DNA of 58,327 bases, the filler included, from Diploschistes diacapsis (taxonomy: Eukaryota): assembly GCA_023645945.1 (NCBI GenBank). It is 5 parts of 5 records of this genome, joined end to end, with 100 filler letters (N's around TTAATTAATTAA, not from the genome) between each part and the next. Parts side by side here need not be neighbours in the genome. Positions count along the whole stretch, not along the records: positions 46,773 to 58,327 come from JALAIB010000821.1; 4 more parts are not named here. One strand, written 5' to 3'. Positions within the stretch are counted from its first letter, which is position 1. Each line of letters begins with the position of its first letter. Below, piece after piece: positions 48,183 through 58,327 of this stretch. The position numbers and the translations under genes are program-made. The notes beneath the pieces are model-generated. The model was not told where the DNA came from. It was given only the letters and a program-made list of their open reading frames with translations, and searched no databases.

Positions 48183-50108
48183 TTACCAGGCATTGACCTC
48201 GAAGTTTTCCTGGTAGAATTAGTATATGTAATTAAATTAGGAAGAAAATGCTTTACCTCCGAGAAGTACGTCGTGACAACAGTTCTATCGGCAAATTTGC
48301 GACCGGCCAGCGCGGCTAGAGCTTTCTGCGCAGACTCCGAGTTATTGAATTTGACGAATATCTTGCCGACGCCGCTGGACTGCCTACTTCCCATCGTAGG
48401 ACGAGGAATCTTGATGCCCAGTACCGGTCCGTACTTTTCGCATTCTTCCTTGACGTCCTCCACAATTTCTGTAACGGGGTCAGTGACGAGGGTGGGACTG
48501 CAGAATTGCTATGACTGACCTTGATAATCCTCATCATTCATCAGCTCTTCAGGCGTGACCATGTTCAGTAACTGTAGCACACGACCTTCCTCAAGGTCGG
48601 TTGAGGTCGTTCCGGCAAGCATGGACATTGCGTTGACGCTCATCTCTAGGCCGGCTGCCTGCGCTACTCCAATACTAGCCCTTTGGACCTTGAGCTGCTG
48701 ATCGCCAAGCGCCATGCCATTGAGACCTTCGACGGCAATATCCGTATTGTTCTGGTCAACGTACTCGCAGAATGCGACACCTCTGGACTCCTCGGTACTC
48801 CTGTCTTTGACAAGTACAAAAGTCTTCAAGGCGCCAAAGGAAGAGAGTAGCTCCTTGACTTGATCATCGTCAAGCGATGTCAAGATGTTCGTTACGCTGA
48901 TCTTGTTTTGGGTGTCTGCTACAGCTGCAGAGACTTCGCCCTCAGCGGCGGCTTCGTCGTCTGCAGTTACAGCGGCGACAATGTAGTCCTTTGGTCGTCT
49001 GATAACGAGGCCGCTGGTCGGCCCGGTACCGTTCATGCCGTCGTCTCCCAGAGAAATGCCGTCCAGTGCTAGGGCCATTGTAGCTTCGGAAGGATTTTTG
49101 AATTCCAGCATGGCAAAGTCGCGGTTGGTTGAGAAGTGAGAGGACACACACGGGTCGTTGCTTTCGACCACATTTAGACCATTAAGCTGCAAGTTGAAAA
49201 ATTCGACAAGGGAGTCTTCGTTTGAGGTGGGGGGGATATTGTGGACAAAAAGACGTTTGGACTGTCGAGCATTGGTAGGCTTCAGGGCAGCGTTACTGGC
49301 AGCAGCTGCGCCAGGTTGGTTCATAAGCGACTGTAGTCGGCTCGGATCAACGGCCTGTTGTCGAGGAGCACCCGGTAGAGGGAACATGCCTTTCCTTGTT
49401 AGCTTCAAGTCCTCCGCCTCAAGATTAAGACAATACCTGAAAGCTTAGCCTGCTCCGCCGTTACATTCTCATACCCTGGAGGTTTAATATCCCACTGTGT
49501 CAGACGTCTCTTTCTCTCCGTGACGGGGACGACATCCGTCAGATCCGGAGTAGGCTCGCGCTTTTTGGCTGGCGGAGAGCGACTGCGTTTCCTTGCCTGA
49601 CCTTGCATAGCAAATTCGTCTCGGTCGTTCCTGTCCTCTCGGCCTCCACCTCCACCTCCCCCGCCGCCGCCTCCGCCACCCCTTTGACGATCGCCTCGAT
49701 CATAAGGATCTCTTCCTGGCCGTCTCCGGCGGTCGTCGTCGTCCCGCCGGGCATCACGCCGCATCATTCCGCCATCGCGATCTCCCCGATCTCTCTCCCA
49801 TCCTCGATCATCTCGCCTTGTGTCTCGGCCAGAGTACCTGTCTTCGCGCTCTCTCGCTCGGTAGTCTCGACTTGAAGAATAGGAATCGGCCTCGTGGCGT
49901 GCGCCGCGAGAGGAGTGGTGAGGTGACCGTGATCGTCGTCGATGACCGTCTCTCTCTCTGCGCTCGTCGCGAGATGACTGTTTAGTCATTATCAGTTTAG
50001 AAGCTCATCAATGCAAAAGGGCCTTACTCCATAATAATCCCTGGAGGATCCATGCCTGTCTCCTCGGCTCGCATCATCGTGTTTGCGGATACGATATGAG
50101 GAGTCCAT
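48183..50108 (-). CDS. U2AF2: splicing factor U2AF large subunit (RS region, 2 RRM, UHM), multi-exon
   Basis: RKRRLTQWDIKPPGYENVTAEQAK, RQSKRLFVHN, IRRPKDY, SRGVAFCEY, VLQLLNMVTPEEL, GRKFADRTVVTTY, ENFEVNAW*. Confidence 0.96.
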
Positions 50109-50447
50109 TATGACAGGACAAGGGTGGTAAGTGCGACGTCACGATTTCCTGGATGGTAGCCGTTCAGCAAAGAGATTGAGGCAGGAGTCTTTGACATAGA
50201 GGTTGTTGGGTCTCAAATAGAACGCAGGTGCGACGCGAAAAAGGCTCGCGAAAAGTTGGAGCTTTCCAAGTCTTTCTGAGCCTCCTGTGGCTGGGCGTGG
50301 CTGCCTTGTGGGGCTGAATATCAATTCCGGTTAACGTCTGGATTATATTTGGACGGAATTCCGAAAGTTCAATGAAAAAGCTACGCAGAAGCAGAGTGAG
50401 TTGCTACGGGTTTTGAGGCTGTAGATTCCACAGAAGGCTTCAGAGTC

Positions 50448-51659
50448 ATGGCTGAGCAGCAAAGGAAGGCTTTGCGATTCACAACCCAAAAAGACTTCAC
50501 ACAACGACTTGTTCTCTCAACCCTCACAGGCCGTGCCATCCAGATATCTGAAATACGTCCTGAGTCGACTTCAAATCCTGGTTTAGATCCCCACGAAATC
50601 TCATTTCTCCGGCTTCTGGAGGCTATCACAAATGGATCGGAGATTGACATATCTATGACCGGAACAACGCTGCGCTATCGGCCAGGCCTAATCACGGGTA
50701 GTGCTGCAGGCTCCGGCGCGGTTTCCGGGGTTATTAGACATGAATTGCCAGCAGGGTGCGAAAGGGGCGTCAGCTACTTTCTGATACCGTTATGTCTTCT
50801 TGCGCCTTTCTCGAAAGTACAAGTCAATGTGCTCTTTACTGGTCCAGGAGTTATCACTTCGGCAACCACTCGAGGAGATATGTCTGTGGACAGTGTCCGA
50901 ACAGCTATCTTGCCACTTTATGCTCACTTCGGGATTAATAATAACCTGGAGTTACGCATAATACGAAGATCTAACCCTGGACCAGACGGAAAAGGAGGTG
51001 CAGGCGAGGTCCAGCTCGTCTTTGGGCATCAAGTTCGCCTGCCAAAGACACTTCACCTCCTGAATGCTGGACGAATCAAAAGAATTAGAGGGGTGGCGTA
51101 TTGCACGGGGGTGTCTGCTTCAAATAACGCACGAATGATAGATTCGGCTCGAGGCATTCTCAACCCTCTGACGCCTGATACATACATATTTTCCGATGTC
51201 TCGTCTGCTCCATTCTTGCCGTCTACGGACCGAAGCCGGCCAAATGCCAAGAGCAAAATTGGGCTAGGGTTTGGACTATCTCTTGTAGCAGAATCTTCAA
51301 CAGGCTGCTTGTACTCTGCCGACGTTGTGTCTCCGCCATCAGGCGGTGCGATCCCCGAGGATTTAGGGCATCAATGTGCGTTCCAACTCCTTGACGTCGT
51401 TTCCCAGGGTGGCGTGGTACCATTTGCTGCTGCGCCTACGGTTCTGACACTGATGGCAATGGCCTCTGAGGACGTTGGTCGCATCCAGCTCGGAAAGTCT
51501 GTCCTAGGCTCGGCGGATATCATTGGGCTTGCTCGCGACTTGAACAAGTTTGGTGCAAGCCAATGGGGTATACGGGACATGCCTGATGGTCCTGGATCCA
51601 AGATCATTGCCAGTATTGTTGGAAAGGGCGTAGGAAACGTCGGAAGAAGGATGGCGTAG
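50448..51659 (+). CDS. RCL1: RNA 3'-terminal phosphate cyclase-like 18S rRNA processing protein
   Basis: RLVLSTLTGR, PGL..HEISFLRLLEAITNGS, YRPGLITG, LLAPFSK, GGAGEV, IKRIRGVAY, PEDLG. Confidence 0.95.
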   Translation: MAEQQRKALRFTTQKDFTQRLVLSTLTGRAIQISEIRPESTSNPGLDPHEISFLRLLEAITNGSEIDISMTGTTLRYRPGLITGSAAGSGAVSGVIRHELPAGCERGVSYFLIPLCLLAPFSKVQVNVLFTGPGVITSATTRGDMSVDSVRTAILPLYAHFGINNNLELRIIRRSNPGPDGKGGAGEVQLVFGHQVRLPKTLHLLNAGRIKRIRGVAYCTGVSASNNARMIDSARGILNPLTPDTYIFSDVSSAPFLPSTDRSRPNAKSKIGLGFGLSLVAESSTGCLYSADVVSPPSGGAIPEDLGHQCAFQLLDVVSQGGVVPFAAAPTVLTLMAMASEDVGRIQLGKSVLGSADIIGLARDLNKFGASQWGIRDMPDGPGSKIIASIVGKGVGNVGRRMA

Positions 51660-53469
51660 TCTTTGACTGCTTCTCTACGCCCATTATTGGCTGAGCTGAT
51701 CATAAATGACCAGATTCGCAGCACTGCAATCAATTGCAAAAGGAACCACGGTCAAGGAGGAAAGCCACGAATGGTAGCGACAATCAACGCTCATGGGGTA
51801 ATTTGGGGGCCTGGCGCGCTTACGCCGTGTAGTCTCTACCAAGCTTAAAGCCTGACCGGCTTGGATTGTTCTGGGGTTGCCGTGGGCTTATAGCTTTGTG
51901 CAATGCTACATAATACTAAGCGATGCACAATGTGTTCTTCACTCAGTGGGGCCGCTGCATTATCCGTAACTATACCCGTCCTGAGAGGCCATACCTTACA
52001 TATACAGCCTTCAGTGGCAAGGATGTTGGCGTGATGCCTTGCAAACAAGCAATTGCCAGGAAAACAGATTCTGCAAAAGCAGAAAAAGCTTTTTGCAATA
52101 GTTGCTTTGTATTGTTATGGCTTTCCTTCTAGTCTTTCTTCATCAGTGGCACTCTAATTTTATGGAGCAATGTTTAGGGCAGATTGCTAGAGCCAAGTAC
52201 TACGACAAACAATGCCCTGCTGGCAGCTGCAATCTATGGCCCAACAGCGAGTCAACGGCGGATCAAGGTATCTTGCCAGATTATCAACGGCACAATACAC
52301 AGGGTTTCGCAAGGCGCTTGTTGCCGTGCGGGCTGAGGCGGCTAGTCGCAGAGACAGAATCCAAAAGGACACTATTAAAACGACAACAGCCGTGGTAAAA
52401 CGACTTCTTAAGATCTGGATACATTGCAGTAGCGAAGGGCTTCCGTATGTCAAGGATTCACGTTATTACCGAAGGGCAAGTTGGTCAAGATTCAAGCTAT
52501 CAAGTTCTCCTAAGATATCACGTTGTGGTGAGATAGTCTGAACCGTCTATATTACGTTGGTTAGAGCGAATGAATGCCGAAAGTATTGCATGCGTACACT
52601 ACCAAGCACGGACGTGGAAGGTTCAAATTACTCGCCGCTTCCTCAGCGCTGCAGGAAAGGAACAGCGGAGTTTTGTGACAACTGCGGCCGCCGCGGTTGA
52701 TCAGTGACTCCCCAGTTCAAGCGCAATTGCAATTATGACCTTCAGTTGAGCGAGTTTACTTTACTCCCATTTTGCGTCAATCTTTAGCTTGCAATTGATT
52801 CCCCATACTGCATGAATGCCGTTTCGGAAATCGATATGGCTGTCGGCTTCGAGGTAACGCTGCACATAAGGCGAGAATCACTATCTTTGTCTTCTCTGGA
52901 TGTCATCATGCCAACCGGATCTCACTCGGGCTGACTCGGGTTGAGCCTTAGCTCTACAAGCATTATGCATATTCTTTCAACTATCACTGATGTACAAACT
53001 CCTCAGCAACGTATCTTTAGACCGGTTCGACTTTGCCTTGGGGGGCATTTCGATCATTTTGGCTTTCATAGCAAGCTATGAGAAGGTGAAGAGACAAATT
53101 CGCTCGTGAGCATAAAGCGGCATTTTGCGGTACATTGGATTTTGCACATGGAAGAGCTGCCAGTTAGGGATCTTTATTGCATAATGTCGAAACAAAGTCT
53201 ATTCACCGCCGTATTGGCCTGCTGCGGGTTTTCAATAGACCCATGGTGAGCGGGCTAAATACCGTCCATATAATACGAGCCAAAGATACTTCCAGGAGTT
53301 CACTAAGACATTCAAGAGATTCTGTCTCTCGCCCTTTATGGATCAACTGTCTCGTCGTTGAAAAACCCACTCAGGAACCACGGTTGCGTTATTGGATACC
53401 CGGTGACCATTCCGTTAGTGAATTCGACACATTTGGAAAGTTGTACTCCCATTCTTTTACAAAAGCATA

Positions 53470-54521
53470 CGGTTGTCCCAACGCTTCTGTATAATGTCTC
53501 AAACTTTTCTTCCACCTCATTTGGGAGCATGGGCCGTTGTTTTCACTCCTGCTACTTTGCATACGCCAGCCTTTGGTCACGCGTTCCTGTCCCATTCGAC
53601 GCCCCACATCTATGCTCGTGATATTGATGATGGTATTGTTACTATCATGGAGCATGAAGCGGAACCGAAAGCGACAGTGAATTGGGGCAAACTCATCCCG
53701 AAATTCTCGAGTGTAGCACAGGTTCTCATATCACTAGGCTCGACGCTTGAAGGAGCCATCAATAACCACCAAAAAACATGGAAGCTCATCGAATGGTCAA
53801 CAAGGAGCCGAATCCAATGACCACCTGGGCACTGTAGCCGTACCTATAGCCGCCACAGCACCTCCCCGTTCAAAGAGGGACGCAGAGCCTGAGGTTCAGC
53901 TGCTCGACATCCATCCTGATATCCTAGGATTATTGGCTGGCTCTAGCGGGGGCGGGAGTAGCGATAGCGCAAGCAACAAGGCTACTTTACATCTACCGCA
54001 TAACCAAGAAGGGGCCTCGAAGGCTGCCACCAGCCCGAAAAGGAAACGCAATGCTGGGACGCAGATGCCGGCAATTCGAGGTGCCGATGCGAATGCCATC
54101 TATCTCAAGGATCCCCCACGAGCTCCTAAGCTCATAAGTGGTCTTGTCTGGAAGCGATTCGTTCCTGTCGACCTTGACGACATTCTAGCGACCAGCAATG
54201 CAGAGGCGCATGTGCGCCCGGCGATCGAAACCTATAACTTCGATGGTATCTTCCCGTCCCTTCCGAAACCTGCTCCGGTATCTGCGAGACCGCACAAGGA
54301 CAAGCGGTTTGCTGAAGCCGACATTGGCAATATTCTTGCCGCAAGGGACGCAATCGCAGATGCATGGGCCCGACGCTGACGCCGAGGCAACCAACTTTAG
54401 CGAGCTCCTTCCAGATCTCGAGACTGTTCTCGGCAGATTCCCTGGCGGTGACGGAGGTGGCGGAGGCGGAGGAGGGGCTATGGGAGGATTCATGATCCGG
54501 ACAATCACAGCCAATGAATAA
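53470..54521 (+). pseudogene. possible frameshifted hypothetical gene
   Basis: Three overlapping coding-like + ORFs (53473-53820, 53747-54379, 54198-54521) that could join by single-base shifts; no recognisable domain. Confidence 0.3.
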
Positions 54522-55868
54522 CAAGGCAGCTGTTCCTGGCAGCGCATCTACACCAGCGGCGCATCCCAATATGAGACGGTCTCCAGAAGCCGACTTTGCG
54601 ATCGCGACCTTTATGGCCTCAAAGAGAGGCTTTTGCGGACGCGAGAGCCGATGCTGATGCTAACGCAGAGCCGGAACCGGAGCCTGAGGCAGATGCAAAC
54701 TTTGATCACGAGTACTTGAATGATTATTAGTTACATGAACATGGCGGTAGAGTAACCTCAGGAAATGCAGGTTGAAAGAACGAAGTCGGAGTTGCGGCGT
54801 TGATAGATCGGTTTGGCTTTTCGGAGATGGAGAATGTATGATAACATGGCGTCTTAACCGGGGCGTGTTGGAGCAAACGTGTACATTAGGATCTAATCTA
54901 GGCCTTCATATGGCGATATTAAGATTCGTTTATTGCACCAGCACACACATGTGATACTTTTTTAAAACAGCCTTGGCAGCTGCTACTTGCGCGAGTTGTA
55001 GGCGTGAGGCCTGTCGAATGGAATTGTCTCTTACATTCAAGTTTGCCTTTTTTTTTTCTTGCATTCCACTTGTTCCTGATTCCTGAGAGAGTGCCTGCAG
55101 CTATGGCCCAGCATGAAAGCATCAAGGGTTGAAAATTACCTCTTTCGGAAAGGGCAAGCCTGTGGGGGCCCTCGGCACGGTAGAACAGTCGACCACTCCG
55201 GGAATCGAGAGAGCAGTAGTCCATTCCTGGAAGCGGTTCGTGGAAGGATGGTGATAGAGATGGGAAGAGGCTGATAGGGAGCGAGCGCTAGGCGTTACAG
55301 ATGAGGAGAGCCGTGGGCTTGGGTTGGGCAAATGGAAAGGCGCCGGGAGTCCGGATGAGAGAGGGGGGTGAGGCCAACAGGAGGGGGCCAACAGGTAAGA
55401 GCGAATAACAGGACGTCCATGGAATAGCAAAAAGCTAGGTGAAGTGGTGGATCACATTACAGGCAGGAGGAGAAACTTGGGTGGACCGAACTGATGACAC
55501 AGGTATCATCACCTTTGGAAGTTAGCTAACGCTGTAGGCAACGTTGAGCATAAAAGTGAAGCCATTTGAGTTGCATGTCATTGCTAAATGTGATGATAGT
55601 TAAATAGGAGTAGGACTATGCTGGGAATGGTTCCGGCTGAACATTAGATTCTGATCAGTGTAGTAACGACAGCATTCAGTTGGGGTAAAGTGCATTCATC
55701 AGCATCGGAGGCACGGTGCAAATGGCTCCGCGTCATTGTCACGTTCTTGTCGCGATATTCTGAATTTATGCCCCCATTTGAGGGTTATCATATACCAAAA
55801 AAAATACTGTCCTAACGTATTGGTGGCGACTTAAGGTTTTGTACCCATCTAAGCTCTAATTAGCCGAC

Positions 55869-57689
55869 ATGGAGTCATTTCAGAATATATACTACGATCT
55901 TTCAAGATTTCCAGGGAGATTAAAGGTCGCAGACAGTGGCATGGGATGGAAGGGCAAGAATGCCGACGAGGGACTCACACTGGAGAGTGGAAGCATTAAT
56001 GGCGCTCAGTGGAGCAGAGGCGCAAGAGGGTACGAACTGAAGATTCAATCAAGATCGCAGGGCGTCATTCTATTAGATGGATTCCAAGAAGAGGTATGAG
56101 ACCGGGTGATCAGAAAGTTTGTCTTTGCTCACCTTCGCAGGATTTCGATCGCGTGGCCAAATGCTTGAAGGTCCTGCTAGGCGTCACACTGGAGAACAAA
56201 GAGCATGCGTTGAGAGGATGGAATTGGGGCAAAGCCGAGTTCAACCGCCAGGAGCTCGCCTTCAACGTCCAAAATCGACCGGCCTTTGAAATACCATACA
56301 CCGAAATACTAAATACAAACCTCGCTGGAAAATACGAAGTCGCTTTGACGCTTCACCTAGACGGCAAGGGTGAAGGCATCGGCACAGATGGCAAGCTCGG
56401 CGGCACAAAGGCGAAGGGTATGAAGGGCGGAGGCGCTTTGGATCAACTCGCCGAACTGAGATTCTACATCCCTGGCACAACGACAACAACGAAAAAAGAA
56501 AAGGAGGGCGGCGAAGACGGCGAGTTAGAGAGTGAAGACGAAATCACGGAAGAGCAGAATGCAGCGAGCAACTTCCATGACACCCTTTCGAAGATGGCAG
56601 ATATCGGTGATGTTGCGGGAGATACATATGCAGGCTTTCAAGATATCCTGCATCTCACACCAAGGTCAGTGCGCTTACTGGCGACGAGGAGTGTTCGCTG
56701 ATTACTACAGAGGCCGTTTCGATCTGGACATGTACGAGACCTCGTTCCGAATGCGCGGCAAGACCTACGACTACAAGATCATGTACGAATCGATACGCAA
56801 GTTCATGGTGCTGCCGAAGCCCGACGAGATACACACCCTTATCTGCCTTGGTCTGGACCCACCGCTGCGCCAAGGTCAAACGACATATCCGTTCTTGGTG
56901 ATGCAGTTCAAGCGGGATGAGGAGATGGAGCTGGAGCTTAATATGACCGAGTTCGTAGCCCCCATATTATTAGAGAGTGCGCTAACGATGCATAGCGAAT
57001 TTATCGAGGAGAAATTCAAGGACAAGCTCCAGAGACGCTACGAGGCACCTCTTTTCTCCATAGTAGCCCAAGTATTCAGGGGCCTTGCCGGCAAGAAAGT
57101 AACGTCTCCTGCCAAGGATTTCGAGAGCCATCACTCCGCAAAGGGTGTGAAGTGCAGCGTCAAAGCCAGCGAAGGCATCCTCTTCTGCCTAGAAAAGGCA
57201 TTTATGTTCATCCCTAAACCAGCGCAATTCATCCAGTACGACCAAGTTGCTGTCGTTGTCATGTCGCGCGTCGGAGGAGCCGTCTCGGCCAGCCGAACAT
57301 TCGACGTCACGATGGAGATGAAGCGCGGCGGCGACTTCCAATTTAGCAATATCAACCGAGAAGAACAAAAGCCCCTGGAGCGCTTCTTCGAGATCAAGGG
57401 CATCAAGATCCGCAACGAGATGATCGATGAAGGGCCCAGCCTGCTGCAGAAGGCGCTGAACGACGGCGACCTGTCGTCGGACGAGGACGTGGTCGAGGCG
57501 CGGGCGGACCGTGGCAGCGCTGACGAGGACGAAGAGAGCGTGGACGAGGACTTCAGGACGGAGTCGGAGTCGGACGTTGCGGAGGAGTACGATTCTGCGC
57601 ACGACACCTCGGGCTCGGAGGGGGAGGAGGGAGGCCCGCAGTCGGATCCGGAGGAGAGGCCAAAGAAGAAGACCAAGACTGGCAAGTAA
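55869..57689 (+). CDS. POB3: FACT complex subunit POB3/SSRP1, 3 introns
   Basis: GMGWK, QWSRGARGYEL, LRGWNWGK, AFEIPY, LTPRGRFDLDMY, GKTYDYKI, LDPPLRQGQT, FSNINREEQ, acidic tail. Confidence 0.97.
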
Positions 57690-58327
57690 AAGAGCTCGGC
57701 GAGGGTTGTTCTTGGCCCTGCCAGTTGTTGCACGATATTTATCAATGCAAAAACGGTCCTTCCACGAAGCAGGGGATTATTGGCCTGGATCAGGGCGGCG
57801 CTTGGCGCATTCGGTTTCCTCTGGCCCTGGTAGCGCGACGGCTGAATAATCTCACGAGGCCGTGGACAGGGGTGGATATGGGGGGGCGTGATGGGATTCT
57901 GATGGCACTTCCGGGGTAGCATAAACGCATGCAGCGTCGACGCCTGCAAAACGAACAGATGGGTCCTAGTCCATGATTCAGGGACATCCAAACCTACGTG
58001 ATAGTATTCTTTAGACGCGCTAGACTACCTCGTATTCTTGCTAATGAATGACCATCCTCAAGTCCACCCCTCAAAGAGGACGCCAGGCTAACCTATATCT
58101 GTACAGCCCGGGGGCAGGAACAAGCATCTAGCTACGTGAGCGCTAATACCAGCGATTCCCCCGTTTCTTCTACCTCCATTCCCTACGAAACCGATGAGGG
58201 GTTTTGCACTGAGGCTGACAGCGATAGAAGTGGCAGTTGTTTCTTGGTATCCCCTAAGTTACCTACAAGAAGAGAAGGGTGAAAGGTAAGCGCTAATAAC
58301 TTTCCTTGGGGGCACACCGGGTGGGGG

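Noticed and set aside
51845..53400. Short ORFs between RCL1 and the frameshifted region
   Set aside because: No recognisable motifs or consistent exon structure.

Overview
Filamentous ascomycete (Pezizomycotina) genomic DNA with spliceosomal introns and RIP-mutated repeats. The window is not continuous. It holds five pieces of steadily decreasing length (11599, 11597, 11592, 11584, 11555 bp) joined by artificial 100-nt N44-TTAATTAATTAA-N44 spacers, so only neighbours within a piece are meaningful. Contig 1 (1-11599) is the most interesting. After two housekeeping genes (Mae1/TDT transporter, PHS1) it carries a frameshifted, truncated tyrosine-recombinase gene resembling DUF3435 Starship captains (4592-5377) and a dead Zn2Cys6 regulator. 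These are followed by a compact arsenic-resistance cluster: ACR3 permease, a Cys-tailed bZIP regulator and an ACR2-type arsenate reductase, with a MITE in the ACR3 upstream region. This looks like a derelict Starship-like island with apparently intact detox cargo. Contig 2: Copia and Tc1 relics, CFIm25, an atypical RIC8, a sugar porter, partial CAB5. Contig 3: TE relics, a RIP-killed TauD dioxygenase, an orphan membrane protein, a SAM methyltransferase, a PTH11-like receptor and paired MITEs. Contig 4: a DD34E Tc1 relic, a DIM-5/Clr4 H3K9 methyltransferase with an N-terminal AT-hook, a two-hevein-domain protein, BAT, RXT2 and a tRNA-headed SINE relic. Contig 5: U2AF65, RCL1, POB3. All family calls come from motif recognition by eye, not database searches.
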